Of a stretch of DNA of 64,000 bases, positions 50,013 to 64,000 are shown piece after piece. Within the stretch, counting starts at the first letter, position 1, and every line of letters begins with the position of its first letter. A program made the position numbers and the translations under genes. The stretch covers positions 62,062,001-62,126,000 of the forward strand of contig NC_043004.1 of NCBI RefSeq assembly GCF_006345805.1, written 5' to 3'. The notes under the pieces are model-generated. The model was not told the origin of the DNA and did not search any database. It saw only the letters and a program-made list of their open reading frames with translations. The DNA comes from Octopus sinensis. Its lineage: Eukaryota.

Positions 50013-52063
50013 GACTGGAATGTATGAACTGATATGTACCATATCGCTTATCATTACATTTAGATACAAAAATTTGCATTTGTTAATGCTTATTTCAAGT
50101 TTTACGGTTGTCTTTTACATAAAAACCATATATCGATATGTGATTATATCCTTTTTATTGATTTACGTTTGGATTCATGATTTAACAAAGTAGCGCTAAG
50201 GTAATGTCTTCACACGACGTACTTCTACTACTACTGCACGAGACTTCAAAACGATCTTTGTCGTCTCAACTTTACACGTTAATCTTTTTTATGATTTCGA
50301 CGAGTTCCTCTTTTAAACACACAGGTATGTTAGTGTATCTGACCACATCTCACCTTGTGAGATTGACTTTAGTTGGAAATGAATAAGTTTCTTTTTTTGG
50401 AACTCCCTCCAAACATACTCTATGTTCTCTTATTTTAGTATAAGTACAATTTGGTTCACCGACTTCTTATGAAATCTGGAGATCAAAAATATCGCAGAAA
50501 ACGTCCATGGTTACTTTTTACATTGTAAACTTTTCGGCAGCAATATTCTTTTCATCTCATTTATGTATCTTTTATAACCCTTTCAGAATATATATACGTC
50601 ATTTTATCGATCCGTTTTATTTACCGTCTTCTCAACTTCTTTTCCATTTCTATTCACTCTGAAAACACATTATCACCAGTTTTTAAATACTCTGTGGTAC
50701 TTTTTAGTGTTTTCCCTAGTTTTTCTTTTTCTGTTATAATTGTCAAAAATTAACTTAATTTTTCTTGCGAACATCAGTTCAGCGAGTGATTCGTCTGAAT
50801 GAGTATTTGGGTTTGGCTTTATACGGTTAACTCTCAGGAATTGTGTCAAGGTTACATCATCCACTAATTCATTTCTGGATTTAGGCAGTACCATTCTGAA
50901 CAACTCCACACAGCGTTCAGATTATCGGTTTGATCATGTGTGATACGGAGGAGTAGTGATATGTTCAAATGAGTACCACTTGCAAAAATTCTTGAATTCA
51001 TTCGCTGTAAATTGTGTGCCGTTCTTGGAGACTATAGTGCGCGGTATGCCCATACCGTGCAAAAAAGAAAATCCAGTTATAGTAGAGGTAAACTTTTTAC
51101 ATTTACACATTTCTGGTCATTCTGTAAGCTATCTACCATTATTAGATAATATGATCCACTTAATGGTCTTCCGAAGTCTATGTGTAACCTGATCTATGGA
51201 ATATTGGCTTTCAGCCAAGGTTAAAATGTCAAAGCTGTTGCTTTCGCTACAAAAGCACAACCGCAGCAGCAGTCTATCAACGTCTCAATATCTAGATCCA
51301 TTTTCAGCCAGTAAACATAACTCCTCATAAGACACTTCATCCTAGAAATTACTGGATATCCAGTATGGTATTCTTTTAATATTCGATTGTTATACAACGG
51401 TGCTCATATTTTGCGGACCCCCGAAATGCTTGTAATGTTTTTCGGGAGTGTCATATTTTTTCTTGACGGGTCTGGTCTGCGTCCATTTTCACCGATAGTC
51501 TGCCCTAGGTATTTTATTCTTCTCATAAAAAGTTCACACAATTTATCACTGAGCTTATATCATGATCATAAATTTTTTCGAAGAGCTTGCTGGTCACGAG
51601 ATTCACTTTTATATACGTCTCTCTCCAAGGTAAACTATAGCGAAATTCGAACCTGAGAGTAGTATGCCCATAACTTGTTGGAAAATGTCTGGTGCTACTT
51701 TATACCAAAATGAAGTGGATAAAATTTATGCAATGCCTTAGGGGTATTTATCGTCAACACTTTTGAACATTTCTCAGCAACTTCTAACTGCATGTATGCC
51801 TCAGATAGCTCTAAACTTGAAAGAAAAATTCCTCATTCAACTTCGCAAAAATTTCTTCCGCACTTGGTAACAGGTAATTATATGGCATGAAACATCCGTT
51901 TAAAACTGTTGGATTTTATTATTTTTTATTGACATAAACTGCTGGAGACGCCCATTTTGCGTAATAATTGTTTTTTGTTTTTTTCAGTTCTATATTTAAG
52001 AGATGAGGAATTATGTACATTATTTACAATTGACGGATATTTGTCTTCATCTTGTTTGTTGTT

Positions 52064-52109
52064 AACGCAACGTTTCGGCTCATATATTCTCCAGTCTTTA
52101 TCAGGCGTC
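52064..52109 (-). ncRNA. Hammerhead ribozyme-like motif in the left arm (core mutated)
   Basis: - strand GACGC-CTGATAA-AGACTG..GAGCC-GAA-ACGT-T-GCGTT. Stem I pairs fully but core G8 is changed to A. Confidence 0.45.
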
Positions 52110-52147
52110 TTGGGGAAATTTCGAACCCAGGTTCAAAATTTCCCCAA

Positions 52148-52193
52148 GACACCTGATGAAATCTGGAGGATATATCAGCCGAAACGTTGCGTT
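52148..52193 (+). ncRNA. Hammerhead ribozyme-like motif in the right arm (stem II partly decayed)
   Basis: GACAC-CTGATGA-A-ATCTG-GAGGATATAT-CAGCC-GAA-ACGT-T-GCGTT. Intact core, palindromic stem III ACGT, GUU triplet, only 3 bp left in stem II. Confidence 0.55.
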
Positions 52194-53139
52194 AACAACA
52201 AGGAAGATGAAGACAAATATCCGTCAATTGTAAATAATGTACATAATTCCCCATCTCTTAAATTTTGGTCCTATTCTAATTTTCTTAATATCCTGGAACG
52301 CATATCTGCATTTTTTACTTCAGTGTTTGCTCTAGGACAAAAATTAAACATTTCACAAGTCAAGAGTTGATTTAATTTGAATCTTTCAGATATTATTTTA
52401 ACAACCCCAGCATAGATGTCGAAATGTTCATGCTCTTTTCTTTTCTAAATTCAAGCACTGCCAGCGAGTATTGAATAGGGAACTTCTTTAACTGAAAATT
52501 TTCGATAAAGCATTAATAGTTTCATCGAAACGAATCTCACCAGGTTCTTTCAGCAAAATGTGATTGAAGTATTTTTCATATTCGGCAGGGGATAACTTTC
52601 TTAAATGTAGTCGCACTTTTTTCGTGTCAGTCCAATTTTTACATCCTTTTCGAAGGTTTCTTCGTATCTTCCAAAATGTGCAGAAACAGTAGTATCTTCT
52701 GGGTTATAAATGAATTCTGCTATAGAGGAATAACTTGAATTATTTTCAGACTTCTTCAACATTAATTGCAGTAGCTGTTAGTGCAGTTATTGTTGTAGTT
52801 GCTGTTGGAGCTGCCGTTTTTGCTGCTGGTGTTGGAGCTGCCGTTTTTGCTGCTGCTGTTGCAACTGCCCAACACAGTTTTTCCACCCAGTATTTAATCA
52901 CCGTTTATAAATCATGTGGAATATTGCTCCAAAGGGTTACTACATAAACACTGAGGAAAAGTGAATTTCATTCCGTTGTTTTGAGAAGATAAGACAAGAA
53001 GTCGATGTCATCACCGATGAAACTAGGTATATGAGCATATAATGGTTTCAAAATAATGTCAATAAAATTGATGGACGTTGGTTTGTGTATGCTGAAGCAG
53101 CTAAAGTAGGTCTGAGTTTTAAGTCTTTCGGTGTAGTAA

Positions 53140-53620
53140 TTTTATATACTTACTTTCTTGTTCCTTTACTGCAAGTTGAATTTCTCTTCACTTGTAGCAA
53201 GTCATAGCAGTTGCTGGATATTGTTTCAAAATTGGTTAAGTCTCTTTCATTATTGGTAACGGAGTTGTGTTTTGTGACCAGGCTATTCACTTTCTTCGTG
53301 AAGTGGTTGTCTATATTTGAATGTATTACACAATAGAATGTTATGTCCTCACCTAAATCCAATGTTACAATTGTATTCTTTGCATCTGCTCATTTAATAG
53401 TTATCGTGTTATATTTCTGTAGACGTGTCAATATTTGGTCTAACATTTGATTTATTCCTTACTACAGATTGAACAATCTCATTATTTCTATTAGCAAAGA
53501 ATTCAACAAGTCGTAACTTCCCACTGCATTTTTGATATACTCTTCTAGTTCTTGGTGCTTGACTGTTGGTTTAGATTTGTATTTCAGTCATTTTGCCAAA
53601 CGTTCATCATTGTCTGAATC
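53140..53620 (-). mobile_element. Decayed Penelope-like RT N-terminal fragment
   Basis: TITIK*AD...NTIVTLD (IIIKxADKGNTIVILD-like), then FY..HSNIDNH..KKVNSLVTKH..LTNFETISSN.Y.L. Confidence 0.55.
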
Positions 53621-53895
53621 TCTTTTACAAAAATTAATTTACCAACTCCACTAATAACAACAACAATATGATATTTCGTTAAAACAGAAAGCGGGATAAA
53701 TGCTAAATCACATACTGACTAGTCGAAATAAAATTCGAACTTATTTGGTGCGCTCAGCAAACCGTGGAATCTAAACCACATGCTGATTAGTCAAACTACA
53801 GTTTGTAAGATTCTGGCTGCTGTAGTCTATCGAAAGGAACTTAAAGGATAAATTTAATCATTTCACTACAGTTGTCAATCATTGAACAAGACTGT

Positions 53896-53896
<1 letters not shown>

Positions 53897-53976
<80 letters not shown>

Positions 53977-53977
53977 A
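53897..53977 (+). repeat. (CTA)n microsatellite
   Basis: Visible pure tandem run. Confidence 0.97.
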
Positions 53978-54191
53978 TAAATCTGGCGAGTACTAATGCA
54001 TAAAGGTACTAGTTTTCTCACAATACATGTATAATATTCTGTTATTTTATTATAAAATTATAAAAGTTGTAAAAAAATAAAATGTGAAAATCAGGCTGTT
54101 TGAATTTCATTGATTGATAATATTCTTCTCTATACAATCTCGGACATATATATATATTTATATATATATATATACATCCACACACACATGC

Positions 54192-54234
<43 letters not shown>

Positions 54235-55194
54235 CATCACATTCACATCCAATTATGTTATTGCCTGTATTATTTAATTACTAATTAACTTTTGCATATA
54301 CACTACGTGAGAATTTTAAGGAAGGCATAGCTTCAAAAGCTGCATCATGTATTTCCACATTTTATTCAATGCTACTTGAAACGTTCCAGCTAAATGTCTT
54401 ATTTTCAAAGTGTTAATTATAAATCATTGAATTGAAATGTTATCTCAATTTCGGTTCAGTGTAATTTCCTTTCAAAAGAAATTTTCTCCTTTAAACTTGT
54501 AGATAATATTTTAGAAAACAATAAGTTGATTAGATTCATTAGTACAATAAATACACTATGCTGTTCACATTTGGGGTACGGTGTGAATACTACTGTTAAT
54601 TATAAAGTGTTTTAAGCGACAGTAATATAATACTCATCAGAAGTTATGATTTTAAAACACTGTCTTTGTTGTAACACGTTATATCAATAAAAATATCTAG
54701 AAGCTAATTACAAACTAAATATAAACACAGACAAAATGTTAGACTTTGTTCTTTATATAAGACCTTCAATTGAAATTTATAGCAACTTTAACAATATTTC
54801 TGAAAGTTTTCTTAGACAGTTATTAAGTACAACATGGTTATAAATTTTATCACGCACATAAAATAAATATCGACTGGGAAAAAATTAAATATTTGCATCT
54901 AAAAATAAAGTTAGACGAATTTGATGCAAAAAGTACTACAATTTTCTTTCTACTTGAGAACTTCTAGAAAAAGTAAATAATGAATCTGGAGAAAAAATAA
55001 AACTATTATGTTCTATTAATTACGCAATAAAAATGACGTACTATGTATACATTTTAGCTTTAAAAAATGACAGAGTGAAGCGTAGATCCGAATTTAGAGG
55101 AAGAGAGATTCAGAGAAATGGAGACAGGGCGGGATAGTAAGATAGAGAGAGAATGGAGAGAGAGTATTCCAAGCTACTGACGTCAATCTGTGAT

Positions 55195-57910
<2,716 letters not shown>

Positions 57911-59728
57911 TTCACTTGCTTATGGCAAACCATAGCACCAGCTTCGAAAACAGAAATAATGTAGTAGAAAAAGGAACTGACTGACTTCGTTACATTATTC
58001 CACATAATTCTTTTCTAATATAACTGTAACTTGCCATTTGTTTGTTTTATTTACTGTAATAGGTAGTTCACAGAAAATAATTGCCTATTATATCACGACA
58101 AAATGTTGAAATATGAGGAAATCGTTGATTAAATTAATTACATTAATTTAATGCTTCTCAAGCAAATTTTCACGATTTGCACTTAGGCACTTAAAACTGG
58201 ATATTTAAAACATCTTTAAAGAATTTTACTTTGCGTTTCGAAATAGCATACTTCATTCAATAGACGATTAAAAAAAAATACTGAAATGACGTTTAGTAAT
58301 AACAGTTTTAGAAGTTTTACCACTATTTTCTATTAACTTTGTTACAGATTTAGAATTAAGTTACAATAAAAAGTAATGGCGTAAAATATGTATTTAGAAC
58401 TTCTAAATTTTACTGTAAGGGAAATTTAATTTTGTTCCAGACGTTTAAATGTTTCTTAGATGAGAATGAATAAATGTTTAGAGAAATTTTAATATATATG
58501 TATACATAGTTACGAGCACGAAAATCTCACATATAAACATACACACACACACATAAGTATGATTGCATATATATAGTGTATAGATACATATATACATGTT
58601 CATACATATATGTGTATATATAACTTTATATTTATACATTCATACATATATTGAGAGATACATATATATGCATATATATACTCGTATATATGTACACATA
58701 TATCTATATATATATATATATACATATATATGTATACATATAAATGTATATATATATATATATATACATATATAATATATATATTAATACATACATACAT
58801 GTATATATATATATATATACATATATATACATATATATAATATATATATATATACACATATATGTATTCACAATATCTATACATATATATATATACATAA
58901 TATATATATATATATATATATAAGGCAAGGTTAGAGAACAGATTTCCTGTTCCCTTTATGAAATTAAATCACTACATATACAGAATCACTACATATACAT
59001 ATACAGAAGCAATTCAAGTATAAATATACAAATCCCGAAAGCGTATAATACATAAATGCATTCACATTTTACGAATCGATGACGAGGTTAGAATTTACGA
59101 GAATTCAAATGAATCTTGAATGCATACACATTCTTAGTATCGTTTCGAAAAATTGTGTTTTGGAAAGGGTGAGTTTTCTATCCATATCAATTAACCACAT
59201 TTCACTCATCAGAGGTACATTCAAGATTTAACATAGTCCAAAATATAGAATATCGAATTATAAAGATGTTCTAAGATAATATTAAGATTTAAAATACAAA
59301 TTAAAATTCCTAATGTCTTATCCTAAAATTACGGAATTTCAATTTATTTCATTTATTTACGCACTCATTAACACAAGCACACACCCACACATTTCCATAC
59401 ATACGGGCAAACGTACCTATTATTACTTCATCGATGAGAAGATTGCATAATGCACCCTTTATTCCTTTGGAATGAGAACATGCTGTCTTCGAAACATGTG
59501 TCGAGAGTAAAGGAATTTTGTTAACATCTTCGTTCGACTCCATTCTTTCATTTATTCATATACAACACACAAATTTCTACGCATGAACCCGGAGTTTCTA
59601 TCCTTGACAGGTCGCTTTAACCCTGTTTCCTGACGTGAATTTGCTACCCAGGTTTCGGTTAAACGAATTTTCCATGCTGACGATAAATATAGAATAATTC
59701 ATTCACCTAATTATATAATATTATATAT

Positions 59729-59761
<33 letters not shown>

Positions 59762-61848
59762 CTATTTATGTATGTATGCATGTATGTATGTATGTATGTG
59801 TGTGTATGTTTGTATGTGTTTGTGTGAACTAAAAAGTGGCAGAGCTATAATATATATAGTGTCCCTACAAAACATAAATAGAAGCGAACACAGCAATACC
59901 GCTGTGTATTGTGTATTCCAACATTACATAATACATTTCTTACTAATGATTACATTTAGCACTACATAAGTCCTACTTTATGCTAGTTCCTCAAATGAAC
60001 CATTAGCAATATTAAGGAAGTCAGAACATTCCATTCTGTCTCTTCCTTTTCCCATCTACCATCTCCTTCTCTCTCTCTCTACTCGCCCGCTCTCATCAAC
60101 TCTCTCCCTCTGTCGTGCTCTCTATAACCCTGTTACGTTCACTGATCTATACCCAGAAGAGCTGCTTGGAAGTGACAATGAATTATCGAAATATCTCAGC
60201 GTTTACATAGCTGCTGCAGGCTGCTACACTTAATTACCCTACTGTGCATCCTTTCATGTTTGTTAAGAGCAAAAGATTCAAGTTTTACTTAGAATACGTT
60301 TACATTTCAGTAGTCTGTTATAGATAGTAATGTTCCTTATTTGCTCCCTTCCTCAACTACATGTTTATATTTAATGGAATTATTAAAGCATTGAAACGGA
60401 TATTCACTCCATTGCTACTTTTTCTGGTATTACTTTGTGACACGGAAATCCTGAAACTAGCAACCAATTTCAGATACTTTCATATGGGCCTGTTTCTGCT
60501 AAGATATATTAAGAAAGATTTTGAAGAAAAGGCGTAGTTAAAACAGAAAGACGTGTAAGATGAAATAACATTTTTTGAAATCAGAATATATCTGTGTGAA
60601 TTTGAATGCCTATAAATTATGCAAAACTGTTCAAAGGCGAAATTTAGTGACGATTATATGCACGTACATCCGCCATAAATAACATTTTCGTTTACATCGG
60701 GACATATGTAGAGGCTTTACTTCGGGAAAAAAAAGATCTGGTACAAGAATTATTTGTTTCATTAACATTCATCAAGTACGGATACTGAATCAGTTTTTCA
60801 CAGTTTTTCTAGCAAATATTACAATTTCTGATATACATGTTATAATTGGAAATAATTAAATAAATGTGCACGAGGGAGTGATGAATGAAATAAATGTATT
60901 TACAAACATATTGAACGATCTCGTGGTGAACTTGCGTTGTTGAAATAACCTAGTGCGAACATTCTCCTTAAAGACCAATGGATATTATTTCAAAACTGTC
61001 GATGGGCCAAAATTGAAGTAGTGACACAGAGAAACAAATGAAAATATCGTTAATGCATGCGTACTTCAATTCACGTACATTTCAATCAGTACTGTAATGA
61101 ATGAGTCATATTAAGTATGACGATTTCTTGGAGATCGAAATGTCCCGTGTCTACCACACAAAACATATTTAGTTTATACAAACGAGTGTAAGGAATATTA
61201 AATGTAGCCTTGAAATATGTACGCCCATCTCTTCTAATTATTATGCCCCTAATAACTTTTACATATTTTTATTTTGGAGGCTTTTTCTACATAAGAATCT
61301 TACAGGTAACCATGATCGTAAGTACATCTAAGCTTAATGGATTTTCTGATTTATATCTCTGATAGTAAGTAGGTGGACGAACTTTTTGATAAGATCATTA
61401 TATTTTAGATGAGTTAATTTGTTACACATTCGGACAAATTAGTAATTGCCACATCTGCCGGCACTAATAATATTGCATTACTTCTCAGTCTCGGAAAGTT
61501 TGCATAATCAAAGGGTAACACCTCATGAAAATGGACGTCATTAGACGATAGATTTAGCCTTCCTAATGATAATTATAATTGCGTATTAACACGGAACATC
61601 ATCCAGCATCCACATGTTAATACACAAGCTACTTAATTTGGCTATTAACATGATTTCAGATAATTACCTGAATACTATTTCCCATAAAATCAATGATTTG
61701 AAATGAAATGTAATGTTCTCGAAGGAGATTACAACTTCGCCGAAACTGAAACTCTATGACAGAAATAAGTATTACAATCGAATTAAAAGTTAGCGGAAGC
61801 GAATACTGAATGACCTACCTCAAGCGCTCTTGTACTACTTACTATCAG

Positions 61849-61903
61849 AAATATAAATCAGAAAGTCCATTAAGCTTAGATGAACTGGCGGGCATCGTTA
61901 CCT
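61849..61903 (+). CDS. Candidate small exon (55 nt)
   Basis: tactacttactatcag|AAA TAT ... ACC T|gtaagt reads KYKSESPLSLDELAGIVT. The frame is also open back to an ATG at 61810. Confidence 0.25.
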
Positions 61904-62133
61904 GTAAGTACTTAAGGTACAGTTATTTCGTTCTAAAACTTGACAAGAGAAAAATTAAAGTTCCTTGATATCAGCAACTGGAGACATATTGCTTAACAAG
62001 TATTTAAAGCAGCAGCTTGCAAATTTTAAGAGACAATACTACTTCTTAATTCGAATATGATGAGACCACTAGATATATAAGTATGTATGCTTGTATGTAG
62101 GTATGCATGCATGTATGTTTATCTATCTATCTA

Positions 62134-62178
<45 letters not shown>

Positions 62179-62181
<3 letters not shown>

Positions 62182-62992
62182 GGGGAAAGTAAGAAGAAGA
62201 AAGCGAAGATACACATTGGATATAAAAAATAAGGACATTTTTAATGAAAAGTAACGATAAATATTTTGATGAGCTGAGGTAGAATTAAGAGGAATAAAAG
62301 TCATTATTTTGAATTGTTAAAGGGACTCAAATCAGACCAGTTTCGTCAATTACTGTTCACTGGCTTCGCATGCACGCTGATTACCAAACGGTGTCGGGTC
62401 TACTAATCCCCAAGTAAAAGGATTATATGCAAGGGAGGTAAGTAGTTCTGGAATGGTTGCAATTAGGGTAAATGTAATACTGTAATATGAATGGTGTATG
62501 GAATGCATGGGAATTAGCGGTATTAATCGGTTAGTAGTATTCTGGATTATGTTATGTATTCATGTTTACTTGTGTATATTTATTGATGAAAATTGGTTCT
62601 GTATCATTCTTTGCTGATCTGAGGTTTTCTGTGAACACTGATATATAGGGAAAGTTTGGAAGGTAGGTTTAAGTTTACTAGTAAACATTTCTATGCGTTC
62701 ACTGACATTCCATAAACCATTCATATTACAGTATTAATCTACCTAAATTGAATCACTCCGAAAACTACTCACGTCCTTTGCATATGATCTTTTTACTCAG
62801 GATTTTTGGTAATCGGTGCGCATGCAAAGCCACTGAACAGCAATCGACGACAATTCGACATAATGATTTTTATTCCTCTTAATTCTACCTCAGTTCATCT
62901 AATTGTATATATTCATCGTTACTTTTCATAAAATAGCCTTTATTTCTTTTTATATCCAATGTCATTTCGCCCTTTTCTCTTAATTTCCCATA
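62179..62992. repeat. Diverged fold-back, ~290-330-bp arms, between (TA)n tracts
   Basis: 62179-62505 aligns with the reverse complement of 62706-62992 (cattggatataaaaa; gatga.ctgaggtagaattaagaggaataaaa; gtc.att.ctgttca.tggctt.gcatgc; taatactgtaatatgaatggt.tatggaatg). Confidence 0.85.
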
Positions 62993-63074
62993 TTTCTATC
63001 AACTGTAGTTTATTTTTTTCTCTATCGAAACCTATTTCTATTATATATATATATATATATATAATATATATATC

Positions 63075-63123
<49 letters not shown>

Positions 63124-63280
63124 ATGTATATATAATATATATATATATATATATGATATATATACATACATACATACATACATATATATTATATATAATA
63201 CATACAATATATATGTATATATATATATAATATATGTATGTATAATATATATATAGATGTATATATATATATATATATGT

Positions 63281-63321
<41 letters not shown>

Positions 63322-63416
63322 GTATATAATATATGCCATATATATATGTATATATGTATATATATATCCATTATATATATATATATAATAAATAAATAAA
63401 TAAATAAATCAATAAA

Positions 63417-63657
63417 TGCCGCCTTTTTAAAGCCTAGCCACGATCATGAGCCCGGTTTCCATTGCGTATGTGTACCCAAGCTGGATGGGACGCCAGTCCA
63501 TCACAGCGTTACTCATTTTGGCCAGCTCAGTGGACTGGAGCAACGTGAAATGAAGTGTTTTGCTCAAGAACACAAAGCGTCGCCCGGTCCAGGAATCGAG
63601 AGCACAATCTTACGGTCATGATGCTGACACGCTATCCACAAAGCCACGCGCCTCCAC
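63417..63657 (-). mobile_element. CORE-like tRNA-derived SINE
   Basis: - strand head gtggaggcgcgtggctttgtgg, B-box-like ctcgattcc, core tgtgttcttgagcaaaacacttcatttcacgttgctccagtccac. Confidence 0.8.
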
Positions 63658-63674
63658 ATTATATATATAATATA

Positions 63675-63831
63675 CAAGATAAGGGCAGAAGAAATATTCT
63701 AATGCCAGATACGCCAAAACAACAAAAAATTGTCGATAACCATTAAAATTATTCGTCTTGAAACAAACAGATAGAAATCTCTAAAAAATTCGTTATTACC
63801 GTATTGGAAATATTCTTCTGCCCTTATCTTG
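63675..63831. mobile_element. 157-bp MITE with TA flanks
   Basis: TA|caagataagggcagaaga...tcttctgcccttatcttg|TA: perfect 18-bp terminal inverted repeat extending imperfectly to ~30 bp. Confidence 0.75.
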
Positions 63832-64000
63832 TACATTATGTATAAATTTTACCTTTAAAGGCATTTTTTGATATGCTGGCCAATCCTATATCAATTATAT
63901 ATAATAGAAATACAAATATATATATTTTAAAGAGTTTCTGCATGTTTGTCAGACTGGCCCACAGAACATAACCGAGATGCCGTCTCATTTATAAGTATGG

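Larger units (their letters stand above)
51994..52263. repeat. 270-bp near-perfect palindrome inserted in the Gypsy relic
   Basis: Arms pair from atttaagagatg.../...catctcttaaat inward to gaacc-CA-ggttc (centre 52128-52129), with scattered mismatches. Confidence 0.95.
50400..52950 (-). mobile_element. Ty3/Gypsy LTR-retrotransposon gag-pol relic (no LTRs identified)
   Basis: - strand order: poly-Q-like start (52950-52740); gag (FIYNPED..YEETFEKGCKNWTDTKKVRL..SSLFNTRWQCLNL); RT (WASPAVYV, PLPSAEEIFAKL, EAYMQLEV, HFGIKVAPDIFQQVM, IKYLGQTI); integrase (ILKEYHTG..YVYW..C..C, LHIDF, IVSKNGTQFTANEF, TPPYH, SERCVELF, LAELMFARKI). Confidence 0.9.

Noticed and set aside
50200-50360. Possible polypurine tract and 3' LTR start of the Gypsy relic (aggtgagatgtgg on -)
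   Set aside because: No matching 5' LTR was found beyond 52950.

Overview
AT-rich eukaryotic genomic DNA, dense in microsatellites and transposon relics. The SINE families match, from my recollection, those of Octopus/coleoid cephalopods; this is not database-checked. I found no intact protein-coding gene, rRNA, tRNA gene or CRISPR array. Most listed ORFs are translations of (TA)n, (AAT)n, (GAA)n or (TCTA)n tracts, or broken retroelement pieces. Recognisable content: a Chapaev3-like transposase tail (1-481); three Penelope-like element (PLE) relics (4370-5880, 53140-53620, 55195-57620); five R4/Dong-like REL-LINE relics; one Tx1/L1-like LINE (33485-36865); one Ty3/Gypsy gag-pol relic (50400-52950); several tRNA-derived SINEs; TA-flanked TIR elements; and a few low-confidence + strand exon candidates. 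Two patterns stand out. (1) R4/Dong-like LINEs and a defined ~550-bp non-coding element repeatedly form same-polarity head-to-tail trains inside (AAT)n tracts (17.1-18.3, 26.4-28.8 and 39.2-44.5 kb). (2) There is a recurrent set of fold-back (inverted-repeat) structures, several carrying minimal hammerhead-ribozyme motifs. These include a near-canonical core at 6883-6922 and a 270-bp palindrome with one core per arm at 51994-52263. All alignments and identities were judged by eye.
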